Below, in pieces: positions 8,249 to 14,693 of a stretch of 64,000 nt of DNA (position 1 is the first letter of the stretch; the number at the start of each line of letters is the position of its first letter). Source of the stretch: a virus; IMG/VR virus record IMGVR_UViG_3300020172_003394, positions 22,229 to 86,228 of that record. One strand, given 5' to 3'. The translations under genes and the position numbers were made by a program. The notes beneath the pieces are model-generated. The model was not told the origin of the DNA. It saw only the letters and a program-made list of their open reading frames with translations, and did no database searches.

Positions 8249-8443
8249 ATGAAACGTGTGTATTTGAGTAATACTGAAAACAAAATTGCTGGAGTATGTG
8301 GTGGATTTGCAGAATCATTAGGAATTGACCCCACACTCATCAGATTACTTTTTGTTGCAGCGTTTTTTTCACCACTTCCTGCAGTAATTTTTTATCTGCT
8401 GTGTTGGATAGTTATTCCACGAAATCCTGGATATAAGTCATAA
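8249..8443 (+). CDS. pspC: PspC domain protein
   Basis: NKIAGVCGGFAESLGIDPTLIRLLFV...YLLCWIVIP. Confidence 0.9.
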   Translation: MKRVYLSNTENKIAGVCGGFAESLGIDPTLIRLLFVAAFFSPLPAVIFYLLCWIVIPRNPGYKS

Positions 8444-9567
8444 TGAAATTATTATTGTTATCAACGTGTGGCAGAACAAAAGAAGCAGAAGATGTAAGTT
8501 ACATTAATTTATATCTTGCGTCTCTGAAAAAGCATGTTGTTCCTCATTACAATGTTAAAGTTATTTTGTTCAACAATGCATTAAATCAAAATTCTAATGA
8601 AAGTTTGACTTGGCAAAGAGTTCAAGAGTTTGGATTAGAAAATATTGTTGAAGTAAAAAACATGTATGAAATGGGACTACCGCAAAAATCGTTAGAGTTT
8701 CTTGATAATATGCACTGGTTTTCCAAGATTGGAATAAATATGAATATGTTATTTGATTATTCAAGAAACCATAATTTCTTTGATGCAGATTGGGTTTTTC
8801 ACTTTGACACGGATTTAGAATTTTTACCAAACTTTCAATCGGTGTTTTCTAAAATTCATCCTATGGTGGAAGTAAATCCAGAAGTTATGATAACTGCGGC
8901 GGGTGACACATACCCATACAACATACGTTATCAGGACACAGAATTTATTTTTGATGAACCTGAACGGGTATACATGTACGACGAATCAACAGTTCATCAC
9001 AATTTTACTTTACGGCAATTGACAGTAAACCGTAGAGACGCCGACGCAACAGATGCAACTAGATATTCTGGTAGTGAAAAGTTATTTTTTAACTTACAAC
9101 AACAAAAAATAAGAAATGATTTTGTTGGATACTCCAGACAAGCGGCAAATCAACATACGTTCAACTGGATTTCGTGCCACTATCCAAACAATTATGAAGC
9201 AATTGGTAAATTAAAAGATAACGAAGATGCACATTTGTTGAAAAAATTGTGGGATGAAAAAACTAGTCCTAATTTTGAATTGTTTGTGAATCACGATAAA
9301 GGGTCACTACCACAATTCTTTTTACAAGGGTCGTCACATAATGTCGTAAAGGTACAACTTCGTGGTTATTTGGATATGGCAAGACATTATAGTTCTGGTT
9401 GGTATGCCGAAACACCGTTTGGGGCATACGCACAACAACGACTAAAAGAAGATTACACCGATACCCAGCATATTTGGGAAAAGGATTATTTGACAAGAGA
9501 AGAAATTGAATCTAGAATTTCTAATTTACAAAATGAAATTCAAAGATTACAAAATATGTTAAATTAG
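8443..9567 (+). CDS. hypothetical protein, possibly GT-A glycosyltransferase-like
   Basis: DWVFHFDTD (DxD) after N-terminal beta strand. Confidence 0.5.
   Translation: MKLLLLSTCGRTKEAEDVSYINLYLASLKKHVVPHYNVKVILFNNALNQNSNESLTWQRVQEFGLENIVEVKNMYEMGLPQKSLEFLDNMHWFSKIGINMNMLFDYSRNHNFFDADWVFHFDTDLEFLPNFQSVFSKIHPMVEVNPEVMITAAGDTYPYNIRYQDTEFIFDEPERVYMYDESTVHHNFTLRQLTVNRRDADATDATRYSGSEKLFFNLQQQKIRNDFVGYSRQAANQHTFNWISCHYPNNYEAIGKLKDNEDAHLLKKLWDEKTSPNFELFVNHDKGSLPQFFLQGSSHNVVKVQLRGYLDMARHYSSGWYAETPFGAYAQQRLKEDYTDTQHIWEKDYLTREEIESRISNLQNEIQRLQNMLN
9490..9518 (+). promoter_or_regulatory. sigma70-type promoter upstream of tRNA-Ser(ACT)
   Basis: TTGACA-N17-TAGAAT within the 3' end of a CDS. Confidence 0.6.
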
Positions 9568-9573
9568 TAGTTG

Positions 9574-9658
9574 GGACAGTTGGCTGAGTGGTCTAAAGCA
9601 GGAGATTACTAATCTCTCGTACTGAAAGGTACCGTGGGTTCGAATCCTACACTGTCCG
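9574..9658 (+). tRNA. tRNA-Ser(ACT)
   Basis: GGACAGT/ACTGTCC-G73, long V-arm, GGAGA-TTACTAA-TCTCT. Confidence 0.9.
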
Positions 9659-9674
9659 TTTAATGGAGATTGTT

Positions 9675-9785
9675 ATGGCAACACATAAAAGAAAAGGACA
9701 TACTAGAAAGCCAAGAAAATCTTGGCAAGCTAGTATAAAAGTAAAATCAACAACTGTTAAAAATCCGCGCAAAAAACGTAAATAA
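9675..9785 (+). CDS. 36-aa highly basic peptide
   Basis: GGAG RBS; MATHKRKGHTRKPRKSWQASIKVKSTTVKNPRKKRK. Confidence 0.6.
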   Translation: MATHKRKGHTRKPRKSWQASIKVKSTTVKNPRKKRK

Positions 9786-9808
9786 TTAGTATTTATTTAG
9801 GAGAGGGC

Positions 9809-9837
9809 TTGACAATCGGCAGTCCACTAGTTATATT
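9809..9837 (+). promoter_or_regulatory. sigma70-type promoter
   Basis: GGGC-TTGACA-N17-TATATT-ACT. Confidence 0.8.
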
Positions 9838-9854
9838 ACTGGTGTAGGGTAAAC

Positions 9855-9928
9855 GCCTCCATAACTCAATTGGTCAGAGTAGCTGGCTTTTAACCAGTAA
9901 GTTCTAGGTTCGAGTCCTAGTGGGGGCA
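9855..9928 (+). tRNA. tRNA-Lys(TTT)
   Basis: GCTGG-CTTTTAA-CCAGT. Confidence 0.95.
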
Positions 9929-9957
9929 CTGTTGATTAACAATAGAAGGTCAGTTGT

Positions 9958-10140
9958 AGAGCTTACCCGTGGTAGGAGAATCCCCACGCTACACGATTCA
10001 TCCAAGCGACCCTTACGTGAAGTATCACTACAACGATACAGGGGAAGTATCCGTAAGTAGTAGTCCTCGTGTTTAGACAAACGTTCGGTGAGGATGGCAC
10101 CAACGATAATAGGTAAGTTCTTCTCTATAAAATGAGAGGA
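9958..10140 (+). ncRNA. candidate structured ncRNA B (multibranched)
   Basis: closing AGAGCTTACC/GGTAAGTTCT with at least 5 nested helices; no ORF in the track. Confidence 0.6.
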
Positions 10141-10159
10141 TACAATAAGTCATCCATAC

Positions 10160-10242
10160 GCCCTGGTGGTGGAATGGCATACACAGAGCACTTAAAATGC
10201 TCCGGTCTTACGACCTTGCGAGTTCGAGTCTCGCCCTGGGCA
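10160..10242 (+). tRNA. tRNA-Leu(TAA)
   Basis: GAGCA-CTTAAAA-TGCTC, long V-arm. Confidence 0.95.
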
Positions 10243-10258
10243 TCAGCAGGAGAACAAT

Positions 10259-10423
10259 ATGATTAAGTATTTGGTAAAAATATATTTTGTAGGTGGGGTC
10301 ACATCGTTTATATATTACGCAGCAGAAGCAACCGAGGCTATTACACAGTTTCGTAATGACCCGGATGCACAAAAGTTGTTAGAAGGAAAAGTATTGACAC
10401 ATTATGAGGTAGGACCTGTATGA
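10259..10423 (+). CDS. small hypothetical protein (54 aa)
   Basis: AGGAG RBS; MIKYLVKIYFVGG... Confidence 0.55.
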   Translation: MIKYLVKIYFVGGVTSFIYYAAEATEAITQFRNDPDAQKLLEGKVLTHYEVGPV

Positions 10424-10518
10424 GTAATATAATTTTAGGTGGTATCTGTATATTGTTTGTATTACTCAGTATATGGTTTTCTCTTGTAGTACATCATCGT
10501 TGGGGACGTAAGAAATAA
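10420..10518 (+). CDS. 32-aa membrane peptide
   Basis: ATGA overlap; MSNIILGGICILFVLLSIWFSLVVHHRWGRKK. Confidence 0.5.
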   Translation: MSNIILGGICILFVLLSIWFSLVVHHRWGRKK

Positions 10519-10524
10519 ATTGTT

Positions 10525-10596
10525 GCGGGTGTAGCTCAGTGGTAGAGTCCGTGCTTGCCAAGCACGTTGTCGTGGGTTCGAATCCCATCGCCCGCT
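10525..10596 (+). tRNA. tRNA-Gly(GCC)
   Basis: CGTGC-TTGCCAA-GCACG, U73. Confidence 0.95.
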
Positions 10597-10608
10597 CTTG
10601 GAGAATTT

Positions 10609-11184
10609 ATGTTTGATATGTTTAATAGAGTAATCTCACAACGAGGTTACACAAGATACTTGGAAATCGGTGTTAGTAATGGTGGAACATTCTATAATAT
10701 AGAATGTCAAGTAAAGCATGGTGTGGATCCTAACAACAAGGATATACTTTACCCCATTACCTCCGATGAGTTTTTTGAAAACTGTAATCAAACATATGAT
10801 TTAGTTTTTATTGATGGTGACCACGAGTGTAATCAAGTGTTACGAGATATTAATAATAGCATCCAACACTTGTCACCAAATGGTATCATTTTTATTCACG
10901 ATACAAAACCGCACACCGAATTGATGCAACGGTCACCAATGCCACCTTCGGAAAAATTGTGTGAACGTGGGTTGTGGACTGGTGATGTGTGGAAAGCTAT
11001 CGCAAAATTTAGAAGTACAAGAACAGATTTTACAGTTAGAACATTTAATATAGAACTTGGTTTAACTATACTAGAAAGAGGTGAGGAGACGCTGATAGAA
11101 ATACCAGAAGAACTCACTTACGAGTGGTACTTGACAAACCAAGATTACGTGTTAAATTTAATTCCGTACAATACGGGCCTGTAG
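10609..11184 (+). CDS. class I SAM-dependent methyltransferase (Methyltransf_24-like)
   Basis: YLEIGV..G; DLVFIDGDH; GIIFIHD. Confidence 0.85.
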   Translation: MFDMFNRVISQRGYTRYLEIGVSNGGTFYNIECQVKHGVDPNNKDILYPITSDEFFENCNQTYDLVFIDGDHECNQVLRDINNSIQHLSPNGIIFIHDTKPHTELMQRSPMPPSEKLCERGLWTGDVWKAIAKFRSTRTDFTVRTFNIELGLTILERGEETLIEIPEELTYEWYLTNQDYVLNLIPYNTGL

Positions 11185-11247
11185 CTCAGCTGGGAGAGCG
11201 CCTGATTTGCATTCAGGAGGTCATCGGTTCGATCCCGTTCAGGTCCA
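11175..11247 (+). tRNA. tRNA-Ala(TGC)
   Basis: G3-U70; CCTGA-TTTGCAT-TCAGG. Confidence 0.95.
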
Positions 11248-11250
11248 TTT

Positions 11251-11335
11251 TAGTCGGTCATTGAGGGTGTAGTCACTCAGTCCTATGTCAGAGAAATCTG
11301 TTATGTCTGAACCTACAAGCGACCTGAGCCGACTA
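11251..11335 (+). ncRNA. candidate structured ncRNA C (rod with GAAA tetraloop)
   Basis: TAGTCGG/CCGACTA, TGTAG/CTACA, TCAG/CTGA, CAGA-GAAA-TCTG; fills the Ala-Val spacer. Confidence 0.55.
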
Positions 11336-11338
11336 TCT

Positions 11339-11412
11339 GGGTGGTTAGCTCAGCTGGTTAGAGCATCGCTTTTACACAGCGAGGGTCGGGGGTTCGAGTC
11401 CCTCACTACCCA
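11339..11412 (+). tRNA. tRNA-Val(TAC)
   Basis: TCGCT-TTTACAC-AGCGA. Confidence 0.95.
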
Positions 11413-11431
11413 TTCACCATAAGGAGGTTAT

Positions 11432-11638
11432 ATGAGACAACGTGTTATTGAAATGTTACGGTCACAAGCAGAAGCAGAACGTCAGAAGGCATTACTTTCA
11501 CTTGACCTTTTGATGGAACGTTCGGTTGGTATTGGTGACCATTCCACAGGTGATTTTTATAAGAACGCTGAAGAAGCATTACAGATGCTTGTTGACGCTG
11601 ACGATAAGATTGAAGCATTAAACAAGTATTTTAATTAA
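11432..11638 (+). CDS. small phage protein
   Basis: AAGGAGG RBS; VGIGDHS motif. Confidence 0.7.
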   Translation: MRQRVIEMLRSQAEAERQKALLSLDLLMERSVGIGDHSTGDFYKNAEEALQMLVDADDKIEALNKYFN

Positions 11639-11645
11639 GTTTGTC

Positions 11646-11717
11646 GCGGGTGTCGTATAACGGCTATTACCCCAGCCTTCCAAGCTGGTGACGAGGGTTC
11701 GACTCCCTCTACCCGCT
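11646..11717 (+). tRNA. tRNA-Gly(TCC)
   Basis: CCAGC-CTTCCAA-GCTGG. Confidence 0.95.
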
Positions 11718-11721
11718 CTTT

Positions 11722-11805
11722 GCTCTTGTGACGGAACCGGCAGACGTAGCGGACTCAAAATCCGCCGCCCTCAAAGGCGTGTGGGTTCGACTCCCACCGA
11801 GAGCA
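11722..11805 (+). tRNA. tRNA-Leu(CAA)
   Basis: GCGGA-CTCAAAA-TCCGC. Confidence 0.95.
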
Positions 11806-11808
11806 TAA

Positions 11809-11881
11809 CGGGGAGTAGCTCAGTTGGTAGAGTGCACGCTTTGGGAGCGTGATGTCGCAGGTTCGAGTCCTGTCTCCCCGA
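11809..11881 (+). tRNA. tRNA-Pro(TGG)
   Basis: C1-G72; CACGC-TTTGGGA-GCGTG. Confidence 0.95.
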
Positions 11882-11899
11882 CTCAATAGGAGAATAGTT

Positions 11900-12223
11900 A
11901 TGGAAAAAATTATAGAAGAATATTTTGATGCTTTTGTTAACAAAGATTTGCAAAAGTTATCGTCGCTGTATGATGACAATATTGTGTTGTCTGAATGGGA
12001 TGAAAACATCTTTACTGGAAAGGAAGCTGTTTTAAAAGCGAATGAAGAACTATTTAATAAGTTCAAGGATATTGGTGTTGTGGTGAAAGCACGTGCATCA
12101 CAAAATAATCGTTCGTTGAATGAAATAGTGGTACACCTAGACGATGTTGAAGTCAAGGTAGTTGATAGCATTACTGTGGTAGATGGAAAAATTATCGGTA
12201 TAATGGCATATCGTGGATTCTAA
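11900..12223 (+). CDS. SnoaL/NTF2-like protein
   Basis: YFDAFVNKDL..L..LYDDNIVL..W....GKEAV. Confidence 0.75.
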   Translation: MEKIIEEYFDAFVNKDLQKLSSLYDDNIVLSEWDENIFTGKEAVLKANEELFNKFKDIGVVVKARASQNNRSLNEIVVHLDDVEVKVVDSITVVDGKIIGIMAYRGF

Positions 12224-12233
12224 TATTAAACGA

Positions 12234-12241
12234 TATTTATA
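12234..12241 (+). promoter_or_regulatory. putative late promoter TATTTATA
   Basis: recurrent intergenic motif. Confidence 0.55.
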
Positions 12242-12281
12242 TTGTAATACGGTTCTGTAAATTTACACTAGAGAAAAATAT

Positions 12282-12968
12282 ATGAAATACGCAGTATTTT
12301 CAACTTATAGAACAGCCAGTACTTTATTGCATGATATGGTACGAAACCATTTCGACCTTACGGGTTTAGGAGAGTTAACAGGGCAATCACCGTTAGATAT
12401 ACGATTAGATGATGCGTTACGTCATCAATATATCAACGAAAAAATTGCAGAAGATAACTACGTTGTAAAATTATTTTCGTCTGATTTTACACCAAACAAT
12501 TATTGGTTTAATAAAGAAACGTTTGACTGGTCAAGATTTGAAAAAATAATAATCAGTACACGAGCAAACGTAACAAACCAATTAGCAAGTGTGTATTATA
12601 TGAAAGTTTATAATACAGGAGAACAAGAACTATTTCCGATAAATACAACTCCTGAAGCTATAGATTTTTCAAATGAACATTGGATGAAAATTATGGAGTT
12701 TATGAGAAAATCATTACTACGACTTCATAGTATCAAAGATGAGTTATTAACGCAATATCCAACAAAGGTATCGGTGGTACCATCGGAAATTTTCCGTGAT
12801 GAACCATCAGAGTTTTTACCAATAGTAAATTCATTAACTGGTATTAATTTTGTAGAAGCTAATTTAACACCAACAAATTCGTTTGTTACAGGACTAAACT
12901 ACTCCGAAAAATATACTAATTATAATGATTTAAAAGCAATAGTAGATTCGTGGGGAATTCCAAATTAG
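12282..12968 (+). CDS. sulfotransferase-like protein
   Basis: STYRTASTLL PAPS-binding-like loop; TRANVTNQLAS. Confidence 0.55.
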   Translation: MKYAVFSTYRTASTLLHDMVRNHFDLTGLGELTGQSPLDIRLDDALRHQYINEKIAEDNYVVKLFSSDFTPNNYWFNKETFDWSRFEKIIISTRANVTNQLASVYYMKVYNTGEQELFPINTTPEAIDFSNEHWMKIMEFMRKSLLRLHSIKDELLTQYPTKVSVVPSEIFRDEPSEFLPIVNSLTGINFVEANLTPTNSFVTGLNYSEKYTNYNDLKAIVDSWGIPN

Positions 12969-12971
12969 GGC

Positions 12972-13000
12972 TTGACATTTGAGTAGAAGTTAGGTATATT
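12972..13000 (+). promoter_or_regulatory. sigma70-type promoter
   Basis: GGGC-TTGACA-N17-TATATT-ACT (same flanks as 9809). Confidence 0.8.
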
Positions 13001-13004
13001 ACTT

Positions 13005-13115
13005 GTGTGGTCAGCAAGAGAGCGGTAACGACTAACAGGTTTCACAGCGATACTCGATATCGCAGACGAGTTATAAGTGCACTTAGGAACTCGTCGGCTG
13101 AGTTGGTGACCACAC
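13005..13115 (+). ncRNA. candidate structured ncRNA D, starting near the promoter +1
   Basis: GTGTGGTCA/TGACCACAC closing stem; GCGATA/TATCGC; GACGAGTT/AACTCGTC. Confidence 0.65.
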
Positions 13116-13120
13116 ATTAC

Positions 13121-13192
13121 GCCGCTTTCGTCTATCGGTTAGGACATAGCCCTTTCAAGGCTAGAAGGCGGGTTCGATTCCCGCAAGCGGTA
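13121..13192 (+). tRNA. tRNA-Glu(TTC)
   Basis: TAGCC-CTTTCAA-GGCTA. Confidence 0.93.
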
Positions 13193-13208
13193 CTACAACA
13201 AAAAATAT

Positions 13209-13282
13209 CCGCCAGTGGCCAAATGGTGAAGGCAGCGGTCTTATATACCGAAGATGTGTAGGTTCAAGTCCTACCTGGCGGA
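13209..13282 (+). tRNA. tRNA-Ile(TAT)
   Basis: CCGCCAG/CTGGCGG-A73; CGGT-CTTATAT-ACCG; canonical T arm. Confidence 0.85.
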
Positions 13283-13305
13283 CTTGGTTATTGTGGTGGG
13301 TAGTA

Positions 13306-13379
13306 GGGCCGTTAGCTCAGTCGGTTAGAGCACGCGACTCATAATCGTGCGGTCCTGGGTTCAAGTCCCAGACGGCCCA
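13306..13379 (+). tRNA. tRNA-Ile2(CAT) (lysidine type) or Met
   Basis: GGGCC/GGCCC-A acceptor typical of Ile2; loop CTCATAA. Confidence 0.85.
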
Positions 13380-13402
13380 TTTTAAATTAGGAGATACCGT
13401 AA

Positions 13403-13495
13403 ATGCCACATCCAAAAAAGTGCGGAAAGGGTCGTCGTAAGATTGGCTCGAAGAAACGCAACAATCGTTGGAAAAATAGAAAGCGTAAGCATTAA
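13403..13495 (+). CDS. 30-aa highly basic peptide (bS22/bTHX-like composition)
   Basis: AGGAG RBS; MPHPKKCGKGRRKIGSKKRNNRWKNRKRKH. Confidence 0.65.
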   Translation: MPHPKKCGKGRRKIGSKKRNNRWKNRKRKH

Positions 13496-13499
13496 TATC

Positions 13500-13718
13500 T
13501 ATCCGAGGCCTTTACCCTACCTTTCACCTCGTTAACAGCCTTCGGGCGAATGGAAAGTCTTTAAAATGATAGGGCGGGGCTGGAGTCGTTATGACCAGAC
13601 ACGTTTGACTAGTTTGGTGTATGGATAAACTAGTAGGCGGTTGGGGAAACTTGACGGAGTTGTGTGTCCGCCTAAATACTTGTAATAAGTGAGTTGATAT
13701 CTCACAACACATCCCCCA
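13500..13718 (+). ncRNA. candidate structured ncRNA E
   Basis: GCC-TTCG-GGC, ACTAGTTT/AAACTAGT, TAGGCGG/CCGCCTA, GTGAG/CTCAC; GC-rich; abuts tRNA-Gln. Confidence 0.5.
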
Positions 13719-13719
13719 T

Positions 13720-13790
13720 TGCCCCTTCGTCTAACGGCAAGACGCTAGGCTTTGGACCTAGCTATCGTGGTTCGAATCCACGGGGGGCAA
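13720..13790 (+). tRNA. tRNA-Gln(TTG)
   Basis: CTAGG-CTTTGGA-CCTAG; U1-A72. Confidence 0.93.
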
Positions 13791-13834
13791 TTGTAGTAAA
13801 TGGTTATTTAATTTTAATTTAATGGAGTATTATA

Positions 13835-14011
13835 ATGTACAAGTTCATTCTTGCAGTAGCAGTAGTTGCGTTGGCCGCATGTGGTTCGGTAAAGACCGAA
13901 GAAGCTTCAACAACGGATAGTACCGCAGTTGCTGCACCAGTATTAGACACCGTAGTAGTTGCGGATTCAACCGTAGTCACCGCACCAGTTGACGGTCCTG
14001 CTCAAAAGTAA
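13835..14011 (+). CDS. small lipoprotein (58 aa)
   Basis: GGAG RBS; lipobox LAAC; Ala/Thr/Asp-rich tail. Confidence 0.75.
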   Translation: MYKFILAVAVVALAACGSVKTEEASTTDSTAVAAPVLDTVVVADSTVVTAPVDGPAQK

Positions 14012-14023
14012 TCAATAGTATTT

Positions 14024-14094
14024 GCGGTTCTAGTGTAATAGATAGCACGGTAGGCGTCCAGTCTACAAGTCCGGTGCAACTCCGTGGAACCGCT
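14024..14094 (+). tRNA. atypical tRNA-Gly(TCC)-like RNA
   Basis: GCGGTTC/GAACCGC-U73; D-loop lacks GG; loop CGTCCAG (G33); T-loop TGCAACT with bulged stem. Confidence 0.7.
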
Positions 14095-14101
14095 CTAATT
14101 T

Positions 14102-14188
14102 GTAAGAACAATCTCATGCGAGGTGTGGCGCACTCGTTGTGGTGGCGGGAAGAGTAGTATTAACTACTTGAAAGGGATTTGTTCTTAC
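14102..14188 (+). ncRNA. candidate structured ncRNA F (three-way junction)
   Basis: GTAAGAACAA/TTGTTCTTAC closing; GCGAG/CTCGT; AGTAGT/ACTACT. Confidence 0.55.
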
Positions 14189-14199
14189 TTTTACTTTCT

Positions 14200-14284
14200 G
14201 GACAGGTGGCAGAGTGGTCTATTGCAACGGTCTTGAAAACCGTCGAGCTGAGAGGCTCCGAGAGTTCGAATCCCTCCCTGTCCG
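14200..14284 (+). tRNA. tRNA-Ser(TGA)
   Basis: ACGGT-CTTGAAA-ACCGT, long V-arm, G73. Confidence 0.95.
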
Positions 14285-14299
14285 CTTAACGAGGTTATT

Positions 14300-14500
14300 A
14301 TGATACACGAATTCAAAACACCGTTTGATGTAAAAACCCCGCATGGAGATGGCCGAGCAATCTTATTGATTGATTATGGTATTGATGTAAATACTGTTTG
14401 GGTCGTTAAACTTGACGGTGGAATCGTGAAGCATTACTATTCGGATGATATTCGTATTTACGACAACCCTATGAATGGTAAGGGTTGGAACGTAGAATAA
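14300..14500 (+). CDS. small phage protein
   Basis: GAGG RBS; TPHGDGRAILLIDYG. Confidence 0.7.
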   Translation: MIHEFKTPFDVKTPHGDGRAILLIDYGIDVNTVWVVKLDGGIVKHYYSDDIRIYDNPMNGKGWNVE

Positions 14501-14509
14501 TAAATATCT

Positions 14510-14581
14510 GCCACAATAGCTCAGCGGTAGAGCACTCGATTTGTAATCGAGCGGTCGTCGGTTCAATCCCGACTTGTGGCT
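14510..14581 (+). tRNA. tRNA-Thr(TGT)
   Basis: CTCGA-TTTGTAA-TCGAG. Confidence 0.95.
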
Positions 14582-14606
14582 CTTAAATAAAACCAAACAT
14601 ACTTGA

Positions 14607-14614
14607 TATTTATA
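14607..14614 (+). promoter_or_regulatory. putative late promoter TATTTATA
   Basis: motif upstream of hsp20. Confidence 0.55.
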
Positions 14615-14615
14615 T

Positions 14616-14647
14616 AGGACTCGCACCGCAGTGGTGGAGTCCTTTTT
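14616..14647 (+). terminator. intrinsic terminator-like hairpin at end of tRNA array
   Basis: AGGACTC..CACC/GGTG.GAGTCCT followed by TTTT. Confidence 0.55.
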
Positions 14648-14693
14648 ACCGTGACGCTCAATAGTGAGGTCACATAACATAGGAGGTCATTTT

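Noticed and set aside
13500-13718. tmRNA or RNase P RNA (GGGGCTG and GGAAAGTC strings)
   Set aside because: No T-arm/acceptor 3' end or tag ORF; no matching 3' P4 strand
4110-14680. ORFs overlapping tRNAs (e.g. 4429-4674, 6273-6467, 11755-12171, 13007-13261, 14363-14680)
   Set aside because: Translations of tRNA/ncRNA sequence; upstream extensions of real genes into tRNAs were trimmed to RBS-backed ATGs
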